48,081 nt of DNA from Escherichia phage AN_ECEAS. The notes beneath the pieces are model-generated. The model did not search any database and had not been told where the DNA came from. It was given only the letters and a program-made list of their open reading frames with translations. The stretch is taken from sequence record PP944860.1; one strand, 5' to 3'. Both the position numbers and the translations under genes were made by a program. Of the stretch, positions 35,196-43,315 are shown piece by piece (position 1 is the stretch's first letter; each line of letters begins with the position of its first letter).

Positions 35196-36779
35196 TTACC
35201 CCAGCAATCGTGGATTAATGTAAATTTTATCACCAATCAGGCATGTGTAGTTTTTCTCATCAAGCATAGGAATCAAGTGGTCCTTAATGCGAGTCATAAT
35301 TCCAGCCTGAGCTTCAAAAGGTTTAACCTTGCGTGCAGCCTCATACAACGAGCGAACACCAACAACACCTTTACCATTCTTGCCCTGCTTAATCAGGATA
35401 TCAACCAGCTTGTTCATCTCGGCATTGTCACCAGCATGACCAGCAGCACTAGCTGATGACAAATACGTCTTGCTTAGCTCGTTGAAAATCATAACTGCCT
35501 CCTGCATTGTCTCCAGTTCAATCTCTCTGGACTTCTGCGGGCTAGAGCCAGTTTGTGAGGACCAGTTACGAATAACGTGAAGTACGGAAGCGATGCGGAT
35601 TGCTTGCTTATCAAACTTACCAAGAGCACCGCGCAACATTGTGTGAGAATACTTGCCACCATCACCAAGATGAGGCTCCATCTCCTGACGTGCTCGGTTA
35701 AGGTAACGCATTGATGATGCGCTTACTGTTAGCTTAACCTCTACTTCATTCATAATCTCATGAACAAGACGGAAGTAGTCCGCTTTCAGGCCGCCATCAA
35801 TAGCCTCGTATGTTGAATCACCATTAGCATCAACAAATACGCGGTCGCCAAGGAATGACTTTTCGCGCACCAGAAGGAAACGCTCAGATACACCAATACC
35901 ACGCGCACCAGCATTCATAATGGCATTGATTGTTTCATCCTGAGCAATTACGGAGATGCATCCCATAGCCACAAAGCTCATGTTATTTTCTGCGTTCGCA
36001 CGGGCAATTGACACATTACCTGCATCCCATGCTTTCAGCACGAGCTCGCTGTTCGTTTTCTTAGAGCCATTACCATATGTCATACCCAACAATGAGTTGA
36101 CGCTAGTTGCCTCATCCGAGATTACCGAGAAGTTACCCTGGCGGTTGTTGATTCGCGCAAGGCCTTCTGGTGTAGTATCGGAGACAGGGAATACGATATC
36201 GCACAGCTTCTCAAGTTTTTCCTCCAGGTCTTCTTTATCTTCAAACAATGAAGCCATTTCAGAAGGTGATTTCTCCTGCTTCATCTCTTTAGCCAGGGCG
36301 GACAGTTTAGCCATAATCTTTTTTCGATCACGTTTACGTACTTCATTCAACCGCTCAGTCTCAGCAATCATTGGCGCGATTGCCAGTGAGTTAATGGCTG
36401 ACTTACCAGTTGAAGGAGGCTGGCTCGTCACGACATAAAGAGATGTCGGCTGCTGGGTTCCGTGATACTCAACAGTGAAGCGCCCAAGCATTGCAGCGGA
36501 CACGCAGCCCAGAAAGTGCATATAAGCAGATGACTCAGGGAACTGAACTGAGCGAGCGATGTTGGCTGACAGCTTGCCAACAATATCAATGTCATTACCG
36601 AGTGAGATTACTGGATATTTGTCATTCCCAGCATCAATCTCGACAGGTGCTTTCCAGAATGATTGAGACTGGCGATAACCATTTGCATTAATTGCTACGC
36701 GAAGTGGTGGAAGGTTGTCTGTAGCTGCAATTGCCATAACTTGTTCAACAGATAGTTTATCTTCGTTGAAATCAAACAT
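35196..36779 (-). CDS. P-loop NTPase of unknown function
   Basis: 527 aa with Walker-A-like PPSTGKSA; own dyad-motif promoter. Confidence 0.45.
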   Translation of the reverse strand: MFDFNEDKLSVEQVMAIAATDNLPPLRVAINANGYRQSQSFWKAPVEIDAGNDKYPVISLGNDIDIVGKLSANIARSVQFPESSAYMHFLGCVSAAMLGRFTVEYHGTQQPTSLYVVTSQPPSTGKSAINSLAIAPMIAETERLNEVRKRDRKKIMAKLSALAKEMKQEKSPSEMASLFEDKEDLEEKLEKLCDIVFPVSDTTPEGLARINNRQGNFSVISDEATSVNSLLGMTYGNGSKKTNSELVLKAWDAGNVSIARANAENNMSFVAMGCISVIAQDETINAIMNAGARGIGVSERFLLVREKSFLGDRVFVDANGDSTYEAIDGGLKADYFRLVHEIMNEVEVKLTVSASSMRYLNRARQEMEPHLGDGGKYSHTMLRGALGKFDKQAIRIASVLHVIRNWSSQTGSSPQKSREIELETMQEAVMIFNELSKTYLSSASAAGHAGDNAEMNKLVDILIKQGKNGKGVVGVRSLYEAARKVKPFEAQAGIMTRIKDHLIPMLDEKNYTCLIGDKIYINPRLLG

Positions 36780-36834
36780 TACTTCTCTCCGTATTGTTTC
36801 TGAGCGGATATTATATCAACAGCCGCTTATAATA

Positions 36835-36853
36835 CATTATCAATTTGTGCTAT
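36835..36853 (-). promoter_or_regulatory. dyad-motif promoter element, variant ATAGCACAAATTGATAATG (minus strand)
   Basis: TATAAT follows 22 nt after the TTGATA arm; upstream of 35196..36779. Confidence 0.5.
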
Positions 36854-37347
36854 TTGCCATGATTTGGGTGATAACCCAGCCTCACCTCTGCAACAATTCT
36901 TGCCTCACATGCAGAGATAAAGTCATCAAAAAAACCAAGGTGAACAGTCTTTCCACCACTCTGTATTGAGGCCCTCCACTTACCTGTTCTTTTGTATATG
37001 GCGACTCCAGTTACACCACTTTTATTATCAAACCTTAATGATGAGTTCATTGAATTCACTTTTTGGGTAACAAGCCTTAGATTTTCAATCCTATTGTCAC
37101 GCCTATTTCCATTTATGTGGTCTATGAATAGACAATCAGGTATGTCTCCATTAGTCATCTCCCATATAATTCTGTGAGCCATTGTGTAGCCGATTCCCTT
37201 ATTGCTAACCCTAACGTACCCGCTTGTTGTAACCTCCGTGTTAACTGGCTTATTTGCATATTTTGTATTCCAAGATTGAGTTCTATCTGACCTCTCCTTT
37301 CTGTACAAAACTGAATCTTTTATATAAAAAATTTCATTCCAGTTCAT
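36850..37347 (-). CDS. HNH homing endonuclease
   Basis: Motif IDHINGNRRDNRIENLRLV plus C-terminal AP2-like region; ATG 37347 overlaps upstream stop. Confidence 0.65.
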   Translation of the reverse strand: MNWNEIFYIKDSVLYRKERSDRTQSWNTKYANKPVNTEVTTSGYVRVSNKGIGYTMAHRIIWEMTNGDIPDCLFIDHINGNRRDNRIENLRLVTQKVNSMNSSLRFDNKSGVTGVAIYKRTGKWRASIQSGGKTVHLGFFDDFISACEARIVAEVRLGYHPNHGK

Positions 37348-37730
37348 GAGTATTTTGCTTCCATTTTGTATGTGCCACACAATGTTTTAAAGCCAACGTC
37401 ATCCCTGTACAGCTGCCATGCAAAGCCACCCTCATCATAGATGTACCCCGCTTGCTGGCCCAGTCCAGAGTGAAGGTTTACGATATATCTCTTGCCTTCT
37501 TTGAAGTCTTTCTTAACTCCTGACTTATGGTTAACATTAGTGCAGTAAAGCGTCTTCGTCTTAATGTATTTCCCACGCTCTTCAAGATTAATCCACTTGC
37601 CATTTTTCTTGATTTGCTCAAATTCAACTTCCTCAGCGACACCGTTAACCCACTGGTGAATCTTTTTAACGCGAGCTTTAAACAGTTTGTTATCGTTGCT
37701 AATCCAATTTTTGGTTATCGTAGTAGTCAT
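37344..37730 (-). CDS. hypothetical protein
   Basis: ATG 37730 preceded by RBS GAAGAGAG and a complete dyad-motif promoter. Confidence 0.45.
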   Translation of the reverse strand: MTTTITKNWISNDNKLFKARVKKIHQWVNGVAEEVEFEQIKKNGKWINLEERGKYIKTKTLYCTNVNHKSGVKKDFKEGKRYIVNLHSGLGQQAGYIYDEGGFAWQLYRDDVGFKTLCGTYKMEAKYS

Positions 37731-37780
37731 TATTTTACTCTCTTCGTTGTTTCATTTCGATGAAATAACTATACAGGAAA

Positions 37781-37794
37781 AGCCCCGAAGGGCT
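37781..37794 (-). terminator. terminator-like hairpin embedded in a promoter spacer (minus strand)
   Basis: AGCCC-CGAA-GGGCT stem; T4 on minus strand; sits between dyad motif and -10 hexamer. Confidence 0.4.
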
Positions 37795-37811
37795 TTAGCA
37801 ATTCGTGCTAT
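37793..37811 (-). promoter_or_regulatory. dyad-motif promoter element (minus strand) with terminator hairpin in its spacer
   Basis: Minus strand reads motif, GC hairpin plus T-run, TATAGT, CATCGAAATG, RBS, ATG 37730. Confidence 0.6.
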
Positions 37812-37956
37812 TTCGTGCCTTCTCAATCGCCTTCAGCATAATCTCGTGAGACTCAAGCAAGTCCTCGTTGAACCAGTCTCCGCAAGGCCACCCCTTCCCA
37901 CTGTAAGCGGCAACAACGCTCAAGTCGTAATAGTTAATGTCAGATGGTAGAAGCAT
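37795..37956 (-). CDS. hypothetical small protein (53 aa)
   Basis: Below track cutoff; RBS AAGGTGA; ends ...NSTNC* inside the downstream promoter motif. Confidence 0.3.
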   Translation of the reverse strand: MLLPSDINYYDLSVVAAYSGKGWPCGDWFNEDLLESHEIMLKAIEKARNSTNC

Positions 37957-38159
37957 TATTCAGTCACCTTAAAAGTTGCAATTCCTGGGATGACTACGTA
38001 ATCAAGGCATTTAAGCGCCTGGAACGTATCGTGGTTCTTGTGCGGACGATCTCCGGTAATAAGGCACATGTCATTTTTAAACTCAGTAGCGTTGTATTCA
38101 GAACCCTTATTGAAGGCATCGTTAAAGTCTTTAATTACGTTCGTGCAAATTAGCTTCAT
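37956..38159 (-). CDS. hypothetical small protein
   Basis: ATG 38159 with RBS AAGGAA; antisense + ORFs rejected. Confidence 0.35.
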   Translation of the reverse strand: MKLICTNVIKDFNDAFNKGSEYNATEFKNDMCLITGDRPHKNHDTFQALKCLDYVVIPGIATFKVTE

Positions 38160-38170
38160 TATCTCATTCC

Positions 38171-38356
38171 TTACCAGGGTAAACATTCGTCGCAGCCGAG
38201 GCCATCGCAGCACAGATAATAATCTTCTGACTGGAATTGCTTAGCCAGGTCGATATCGATGCGTCCGCGTAAAACCATATCAGTATAGTCACTGTTCAAT
38301 CCAATCAGCGCACATTCCTGCTTTAATTGCTCAAATGCTTCGTCTTTAAGTTTCAT
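38171..38356 (-). CDS. hypothetical small Cys-rich protein
   Basis: RBS AGGAGAGGG and dyad-motif promoter 38410-38428; C-terminal CCDGLGCDEC. Confidence 0.45.
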   Translation of the reverse strand: MKLKDEAFEQLKQECALIGLNSDYTDMVLRGRIDIDLAKQFQSEDYYLCCDGLGCDECLPW

Positions 38357-38409
38357 ATCCCTCTCCTCGTTGTTGATGGATTCATTATGGCCTCGTCGCC
38401 AGTTTTTGT

Positions 38410-38428
38410 CATTAGCAAAAAGTGCTAT
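38410..38428 (-). promoter_or_regulatory. dyad-motif promoter element (minus strand), ATAGCACTTTTTGCTAATG
   Basis: Upstream of 38171..38356; iteron block immediately upstream. Confidence 0.55.
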
Positions 38429-38443
38429 TCGTTGGATTTATCT

Positions 38444-38544
38444 ATTGTTGCAGCTATTGCAATGATTATCATGATTATTGCACATATAGCAATATTGCAT
38501 GGAATGCAATGATGTTTTTGATTGTTGCAGAATTTGCAATGATT
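38444..38544. repeat. iteron-like array: ATTGTTGCAG-N3-TTGCAATGATT twice (38444-38467, 38521-38544) plus palindrome GCAATATTGC and ATGCAATGATG between
   Basis: Direct 24-bp repeats ~77 bp apart and TGCAAT-containing dyads. Confidence 0.6.
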
Positions 38545-38664
38545 GATGTGGGGTGAATGAATAGTGGATGAACTACCATACAAGTTGATTTTGATTCTTG
38601 CTGAGCCAATTTGGATATACACGTTATCGAAGTTATGGTGTGTATATGAGGTGCGCTTCCGAAG

Positions 38665-38975
38665 AATCATACACGCCTACCACGCGAGATTACGCAATGG
38701 TTACATAATAATATCTATATATATCAACCTTTTACTATATTATTATTATTATTATATATATGTATGTATATGGTGTAGATTGGTCGTATGGATGGGTCGA
38801 TAGTTTTTCTATGAAAACTACTAATTTTATCTATATAGATACATATGCATACCCCCGGCGAATCCGCGTAAAATCTTACACAGGGTAATTACACCAGCTA
38901 TAGCTGGGCTGAGAGGTCAAAAAGCGTAACCAATGCAGATATAAACACAACATAACACTTGATAACGCGTATATT
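38665..38975. repeat. control region B: paralogue of region A
   Basis: Shares AT-rich (ATT)n block, palindrome CCAGCTATAGCTGG (38894-38907), AAAGCGTAACCAATG and AACGCGTATA boxes. Confidence 0.7.
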
Positions 38976-39028
38976 CATGATACCATGGTTTCATCTTAAC
39001 GAAGAGCAACCAATCAGGAGTAACGAAT

Positions 39029-39550
39029 ATGTCAGAACATAAAGAAGCAGTAAGTTTGGGTGAAATCATTCGATACATGGCGAGTCAGGCGCTCAAGTCA
39101 GAAGACAAAGTGTGCACAGTCCCTGTGACCATGATTGCTCGTCAATACTTCGGCATGAGTCGTGAGACGTTCGTATCGCTAAGTGGTGAGGAGGTTCTAC
39201 CTGGTGGTGAATACCACATGCCAAAACTAAAAGCGTCATACGTTTCAAACACCGTAAGCCGAATGCCTGAGATTAAGGCGGCTGACGTGCGCTCAAGGTT
39301 CTCACTTAGTTTTACCGACTTTGAGGGCGAGAGTGAGACATACTGCGCATCACTTAGCCTGGTTCCTGGCGCTGTAAAATCCGGCTCAAGAAGCAAAGCA
39401 GAGCAAGAGAAGGAGGCGGCTACCATTGAAAGGTTCAAGGCTCGATTGTTGAAACTATCACCAAGCGTCGCTGGTCTTGAAGGTGATGAACTTAAGGGTG
39501 CAGTATCAATGATTAACGCATACCAGGAAATGATTAAGGAGACTAAATAG
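39029..39550 (+). CDS. hypothetical early protein (first gene right of control region B)
   Basis: ATG 39029 with RBS AGGAG. Confidence 0.5.
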   Translation: MSEHKEAVSLGEIIRYMASQALKSEDKVCTVPVTMIARQYFGMSRETFVSLSGEEVLPGGEYHMPKLKASYVSNTVSRMPEIKAADVRSRFSLSFTDFEGESETYCASLSLVPGAVKSGSRSKAEQEKEAATIERFKARLLKLSPSVAGLEGDELKGAVSMINAYQEMIKETK

Positions 39551-39651
39551 TAGGTATCCTAGTAGACTACCATACCACTTTCGGTACGGTGAGGAGGAGG
39601 TTGAGGCGGCTATGGAGTTTTATCGGAAAGCTAAGTCACTCCTGAATGGAA

Positions 39652-39670
39652 ATAGCACTTTTTGCCTAAC
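39652..39670 (+). promoter_or_regulatory. dyad-motif promoter element ATAGCACTTTTTGCCTAAC
   Basis: CATAAT-like hexamer and CATCGAAACG follow; upstream of 39733. Confidence 0.55.
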
Positions 39671-39732
39671 GCAATAATGCCATGGATGGCATAATTATCT
39701 CATCGAAACGAGAGGCACAAAGGAAAACGAAA

Positions 39733-39921
39733 ATGGCTAAGCGCATCACTAAAGAACTTAAAGTCCTGAATAAAGAAAACGTAATCACCATCCTGACAAT
39801 GTTCGGATACAACGAAGAGTCAGCGATTGCAAAGGTTGAGGCTGGTTACGATGTTGCAGTACGTAGTATGCCGGAAGCAACCTCAAAAGGTATCGCCGAC
39901 TTCCTGGCTACCTGCTACTGA
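39733..39921 (+). CDS. hypothetical protein
   Basis: ATG 39733 with RBS AAAGGAAAA; dyad-motif promoter 39652-39670. Confidence 0.45.
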   Translation: MAKRITKELKVLNKENVITILTMFGYNEESAIAKVEAGYDVAVRSMPEATSKGIADFLATCY

Positions 39922-39976
39922 GTTATCTTACAAGGCATCTCGCGGGGTGCCTCAATAAGACAACTGGAGAAACAGC

Positions 39977-40162
39977 ATGAAAACTAAAATGGTACATAAG
40001 AGCGAAGTTAAGATTGGCGATACTGTTATCCATCGTGGCTATCTTAGAACTGTAAATGCCAACACTTTTAGTAAGGATGAGTTTATGGGACTACTTCTTT
40101 GGGGCGACTCCTACCGGCTTGGGCAGGAGATGGTTGAAGTTATAATTGATGTTAAGTTTTGA
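39977..40162 (+). CDS. hypothetical protein
   Basis: RBS CTGGAGAAA. Confidence 0.45.
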   Translation: MKTKMVHKSEVKIGDTVIHRGYLRTVNANTFSKDEFMGLLLWGDSYRLGQEMVEVIIDVKF

Positions 40163-40181
40163 ATAGCACAAATTGTTAAAC
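40163..40181 (+). promoter_or_regulatory. dyad-motif promoter element ATAGCACAAATTGTTAAAC
   Basis: TATAGT ~20 bp downstream; upstream of 40239. Confidence 0.55.
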
Positions 40182-40238
40182 CTTCCGCAAGGCCATTTGA
40201 TATAGTGGCCTTATTAAAGCAAAGCAAGAGAGGGTGGG

Positions 40239-40469
40239 ATGGATAGGAACAAATATGAAAGAGAGATTACTGGGCTTAATGGCGAGCGGGCTGTTGTTGA
40301 TGTGTATCGCACGCTATCAGCGTTCAACGTTACAGACCCAGCATGTCAGCATGCAATCAAAAAGCTGCTCTGCATGGGTTTACGAGGTCACAAGGATGTT
40401 ATCACAGACCTTGATGACGCAATAGACTCACTGAACAAGATGAAAACTTACCTGGAACAAACGAAATGA
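40239..40469 (+). CDS. hypothetical protein
   Basis: RBS AGAGGGTGGG; dyad-motif promoter 40163-40181. Confidence 0.45.
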   Translation: MDRNKYEREITGLNGERAVVDVYRTLSAFNVTDPACQHAIKKLLCMGLRGHKDVITDLDDAIDSLNKMKTYLEQTK

Positions 40470-40699
40470 TTACAATTAACCTGTCAGAGAAAGATGCAGC
40501 AATCCTTAAATCGATCATAATGAAGCCGATGTACTCTACGCTCACCTTTGAGCAGATGCGTGTCGTAAAAGAGACTAGCGCGCAAATCAACAATCAGCAG
40601 TTCGACGTATCAGACTTCGAGTCATCTCGCCAGTACGAGCAGCTAAGCGTGCAGAATGCTGGCTACCTCACTAACTGGGATAAGGCGACAAAGAGATGA
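40466..40699 (+). CDS. hypothetical protein
   Basis: ATGA-coupled ORF. Confidence 0.4.
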   Translation: MITINLSEKDAAILKSIIMKPMYSTLTFEQMRVVKETSAQINNQQFDVSDFESSRQYEQLSVQNAGYLTNWDKATKR

Positions 40700-40842
40700 T
40701 TTACATTCACACTTACTATACAGGAAAGTTTAACAGCGTTAAGCACGTGCGTGTGCATGAAACATACGAATCGGCACATAGTCAGCTTAGAGTTCTTGGT
40801 GGAACAATTACAATGTGTGAAATTGTTGAAGAATACAGATAG
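40696..40842 (+). CDS. hypothetical small protein (48 aa)
   Basis: ATGA-coupled; stop TAG lies inside promoter motif 40839-40857. Confidence 0.3.
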   Translation: MIYIHTYYTGKFNSVKHVRVHETYESAHSQLRVLGGTITMCEIVEEYR

Positions 40843-40857
40843 CACGAATTGCTAAAC
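40839..40857 (+). promoter_or_regulatory. dyad-motif promoter element ATAGCACGAATTGCTAAAC
   Basis: Hairpin in spacer, CATAAT-like hexamer, CATCGACAACG; upstream of 40915. Confidence 0.55.
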
Positions 40858-40914
40858 AATCGCCGGAGTAATCCGGCATAATTACTACATCGACAACGAA
40901 CGAGTAAATGAAGA

Positions 40915-41127
40915 ATGAAAATTAAAATTATCGACGTGAACCACATACCAGAAGAAGGCGTTCTGACACTTGAAGAATGCGGGTTTAAGGTTGGTGACGT
41001 ATTAGAAGTAACCGGTCGGTTCGGGTGTGGTAGCTTATCAGCTCGAGAGATTCGTGATACTGAGTTAGTATCAATAGGACAGATGGTTAGTTTTGAAGAA
41101 GGCGAGTACAAGGTGGTCGAAGAATGA
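40915..41127 (+). CDS. hypothetical protein
   Basis: Dyad-motif promoter upstream. Confidence 0.45.
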   Translation: MKIKIIDVNHIPEEGVLTLEECGFKVGDVLEVTGRFGCGSLSAREIRDTELVSIGQMVSFEEGEYKVVEE

Positions 41128-41303
41128 AATTCCAGAAAAGTAACCCTAAGCTCCAGGCTAACAACTTCGATGGTTACACAACATTTATCATCGCCCAGGC
41201 TTTCGGTTTGCATGATGAACCTAAGGTTCATACTATCCACTTAAATGAAGAGCAAGCTCGAGAACTGGCTTTCGAGATTCTTGATCAATTGAATAAAATT
41301 TAA
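41124..41303 (+). CDS. hypothetical small protein (59 aa)
   Basis: ATGA-coupled; below track cutoff. Confidence 0.35.
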   Translation: MKFQKSNPKLQANNFDGYTTFIIAQAFGLHDEPKVHTIHLNEEQARELAFEILDQLNKI

Positions 41304-41313
41304 GGTTTATAAA

Positions 41314-41736
41314 ATGAAATTAAGCAAATCTCAAAGGGAAGAGTTGAAGGGCAAGTTCGGTGGTCGCTGCGCTTATTGTGGGTGTGAACTACCTGAGAAA
41401 GGCTGGCATGCTGACCATGTTGAACCGGTGCTACGTAAATCTGAGGTATGCATGAAGGCAGCGGAGAAAGGAACTTTCAAGCTGAAGGCGACAGGTGAGT
41501 TTAATCGACCACAAGCTGATCGAATGGAAAACCTTTACCCTGCATGTGCTCCATGCAACCTCATGAAAACTTGCTATTCCCTTGAAATGTTCAGGGAACA
41601 GGTGTCTCTTCAAGTCGCTCGCGGGCGTAAGAGCAGCATGAATTTTCGCACGGCAGAGCGGTTCGGCCTCATCTCCATAGTGGAGGATCCAGTTGTTTTC
41701 TGGTTTGAGAAGTTTGAGCAAATTAACAAAATCTGA
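41314..41736 (+). CDS. HNH nuclease (zinc-binding, McrA-like)
   Basis: CAYCG...HADHVEP...NLYPACAPCN motif set. Confidence 0.6.
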   Translation: MKLSKSQREELKGKFGGRCAYCGCELPEKGWHADHVEPVLRKSEVCMKAAEKGTFKLKATGEFNRPQADRMENLYPACAPCNLMKTCYSLEMFREQVSLQVARGRKSSMNFRTAERFGLISIVEDPVVFWFEKFEQINKI

Positions 41737-41746
41737 GGATAGAGAA

Positions 41747-41881
41747 ATGCATACTGGGTTAATGATGGATGAAGTTCTGGTTGAAGCATTGCCATGGTTA
41801 CTCTGGTCATTGGGCTTCATGATTATTTACATGATTTCAGCAGCCGTAGATGACGCTAAAAGCGATTCTAACGAACTATAA
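41747..41881 (+). CDS. small membrane protein
   Basis: ATG 41747 with RBS GAGGATAGAGAA; TM segment LPWLLWSLGFMIIYMISAAV. Confidence 0.35.
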   Translation: MHTGLMMDEVLVEALPWLLWSLGFMIIYMISAAVDDAKSDSNEL

Positions 41882-41899
41882 TTTAAGTGAGGTGATTGC

Positions 41900-42061
41900 A
41901 TGATTAAGATCGTATACATTGGTCAGGATGATTATATGGCGCGCTTAAAGCATGGCGACGTATTCTATGCAGAGCCTAGCGAAGATGGCAATGGGTACTT
42001 CATTAAAAACAAGCACGATGAGGAGCTTTACATAGCAAACCACGAGGCTCTTGTTTACTAA
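41900..42061 (+). CDS. hypothetical small protein (53 aa)
   Basis: RBS AGTGAGGTGA; below track cutoff. Confidence 0.3.
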   Translation: MIKIVYIGQDDYMARLKHGDVFYAEPSEDGNGYFIKNKHDEELYIANHEALVY

Positions 42062-42201
42062 TGGATAACTACGAAACACCAAGCCAGTGGGCTAAACGGA
42101 TGATGGATGAGGCTAAGACTGGCGAGGTTGCCATGATGTACTTCGAGCTGATGAATCTATGGAAGGAGCGTGAAGATAAAATAAACAGCACGAATAGCTA
42201 A
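42061..42201 (+). CDS. hypothetical small protein (46 aa)
   Basis: Coupled ORF ending ...NSTNS* within promoter motif 42185-42203. Confidence 0.3.
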   Translation: MDNYETPSQWAKRMMDEAKTGEVAMMYFELMNLWKEREDKINSTNS

Positions 42202-42203
42202 AC
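42185..42203 (+). promoter_or_regulatory. dyad-motif promoter element, variant ACAGCACGAATAGCTAAAC
   Basis: TATAAT 20 bp downstream; upstream of 42258. Confidence 0.5.
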
Positions 42204-42257
42204 ACCAAAGGCATGGATGCCATATAATTTATATATCAAACAGCGAGAGGTTAGAAA

Positions 42258-42494
42258 ATGTTCGGATTAGAAGACGCATACTTTAACGCAGTCAAGCGAC
42301 AGGCTGACAAGCTGAATGAAGAGTACGGCAAGCTGGGTGTAAAGAAGAAAGATGATAAGGTTGTGGCGGCACTGATTACCCAGGTTTGGGGGCCAGTTTC
42401 GACATTAATTGCTCGTGATAAGTTTGTGTGGATTGCTGGCTATCGAAAAGGTCGAGTGGGTCATGATGAGAATGGGAATAGCCTTTATGAGTAA
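42258..42494 (+). CDS. hypothetical protein
   Basis: RBS GAGAGG; dyad-motif promoter 42185-42203. Confidence 0.45.
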   Translation: MFGLEDAYFNAVKRQADKLNEEYGKLGVKKKDDKVVAALITQVWGPVSTLIARDKFVWIAGYRKGRVGHDENGNSLYE

Positions 42495-42576
42495 AGATTT
42501 TCAGGAATTTTTAGAAAGCATAGCGATAGGTATCTTTATTGGTTTTGTGTTCATGGCGGTCCTGACGGTGGTATGA
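42487..42576 (+). CDS. possible 29-aa hydrophobic peptide
   Basis: Overlaps upstream stop; single TM-like segment; speculative. Confidence 0.2.
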   Translation: MSKDFQEFLESIAIGIFIGFVFMAVLTVV

Positions 42577-42606
42577 TGAGTGTACTAATCTAGTGGTGGT
42601 CTAAGT

Positions 42607-42708
42607 ATGAATGATATTATTATTGATTTAGTGTTAACTTTGATTGCTGTTGTTCTTGCTATTGCTACAGGTGCAGGGATGCTTTTACTTGTAATGAGAC
42701 TTTCTTAA
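42607..42708 (+). CDS. possible 33-aa hydrophobic peptide
   Basis: Single TM-like segment; speculative. Confidence 0.2.
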   Translation: MNDIIIDLVLTLIAVVLAIATGAGMLLLVMRLS

Positions 42709-42738
42709 TGGATGTTGATAAGAACAGGAGCCATATGT

Positions 42739-42930
42739 ATGAATGAAAACGACAATAACCACAAGCATCGCTACGTTTACGTGTTCACATCAAATATTAA
42801 CGATTTTGACATTAAAGCGCTAAACGACAAGTACCATGAGTCAACAAAACAAAGTCTATTTGTTGGTGAAAGCTGTTCATTCTACGAGTGCAAAGATTGT
42901 GGCAAGATGCTTATAACTGAGGAGTTTTGA
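42739..42930 (+). CDS. hypothetical protein with C-terminal Cys cluster
   Basis: ATG 42739 with RBS AGGAG. Confidence 0.4.
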   Translation: MNENDNNHKHRYVYVFTSNINDFDIKALNDKYHESTKQSLFVGESCSFYECKDCGKMLITEEF

Positions 42931-43127
42931 TGAATAAAATTATTAAGAAAGGCGATGCTATCAAGTGCACAAAGGCAGTATCGGATGACTTCATGGATGG
43001 ATGCGATTACCAGGTCGAAAAGGTATCGAAGACTGGCCACGTATTCTGCTACAGCGATAATGGCGAATTGGTGAGCATTGACTACCCGTATGACCAGAAT
43101 TATGGGAAATTCGAAAGAGTAAGTTGA
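42927..43127 (+). CDS. hypothetical protein
   Basis: ATGA-coupled ORF. Confidence 0.4.
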   Translation: MMNKIIKKGDAIKCTKAVSDDFMDGCDYQVEKVSKTGHVFCYSDNGELVSIDYPYDQNYGKFERVS

Positions 43128-43315
43128 CACATCTAACCCTGACTGGTACATTAACAACTGTAGACAGACGAGGCCACCAAGTGGCAACGGCGCACGGAGC
43201 GCAACACAAAGTCCATAGCTCACTAAGCAGCGTATATGGCGAAATCGGTCGAGAAACTCGACGCTGGAAGCGTAACCAGCAATCCTTCAATAGCGCAATC
43301 GCTACTCAAGGATTT

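Noticed and set aside
35196-36779. Calling this P-loop protein a DNA methyltransferase (Dam-like) or the replicative helicase
   Set aside because: No DPPY/NPPY methyltransferase motif and no clear helicase motifs beyond Walker A; left as an NTPase of unknown function.
37944-38244. Track + ORFs 37944..38153 and 38038..38244
   Set aside because: Antisense to a chain of minus-strand ORFs that have RBSs and minus-oriented dyad promoters on both sides; no + strand signals.
38327-38512. Track + ORF across the iteron block, and minus ORF 38425..38670
   Set aside because: Overlap the iteron and promoter region; hydrophobic low-complexity products; no RBS; better explained as regulatory DNA.
38564-38803. 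Track ORF (79 aa, ...LLLYYYYYYIYVC...) inside control region B
   Set aside because: Same reasoning: translation of (ATT)n/(TA)n repeat, no RBS, paralogous to region A.
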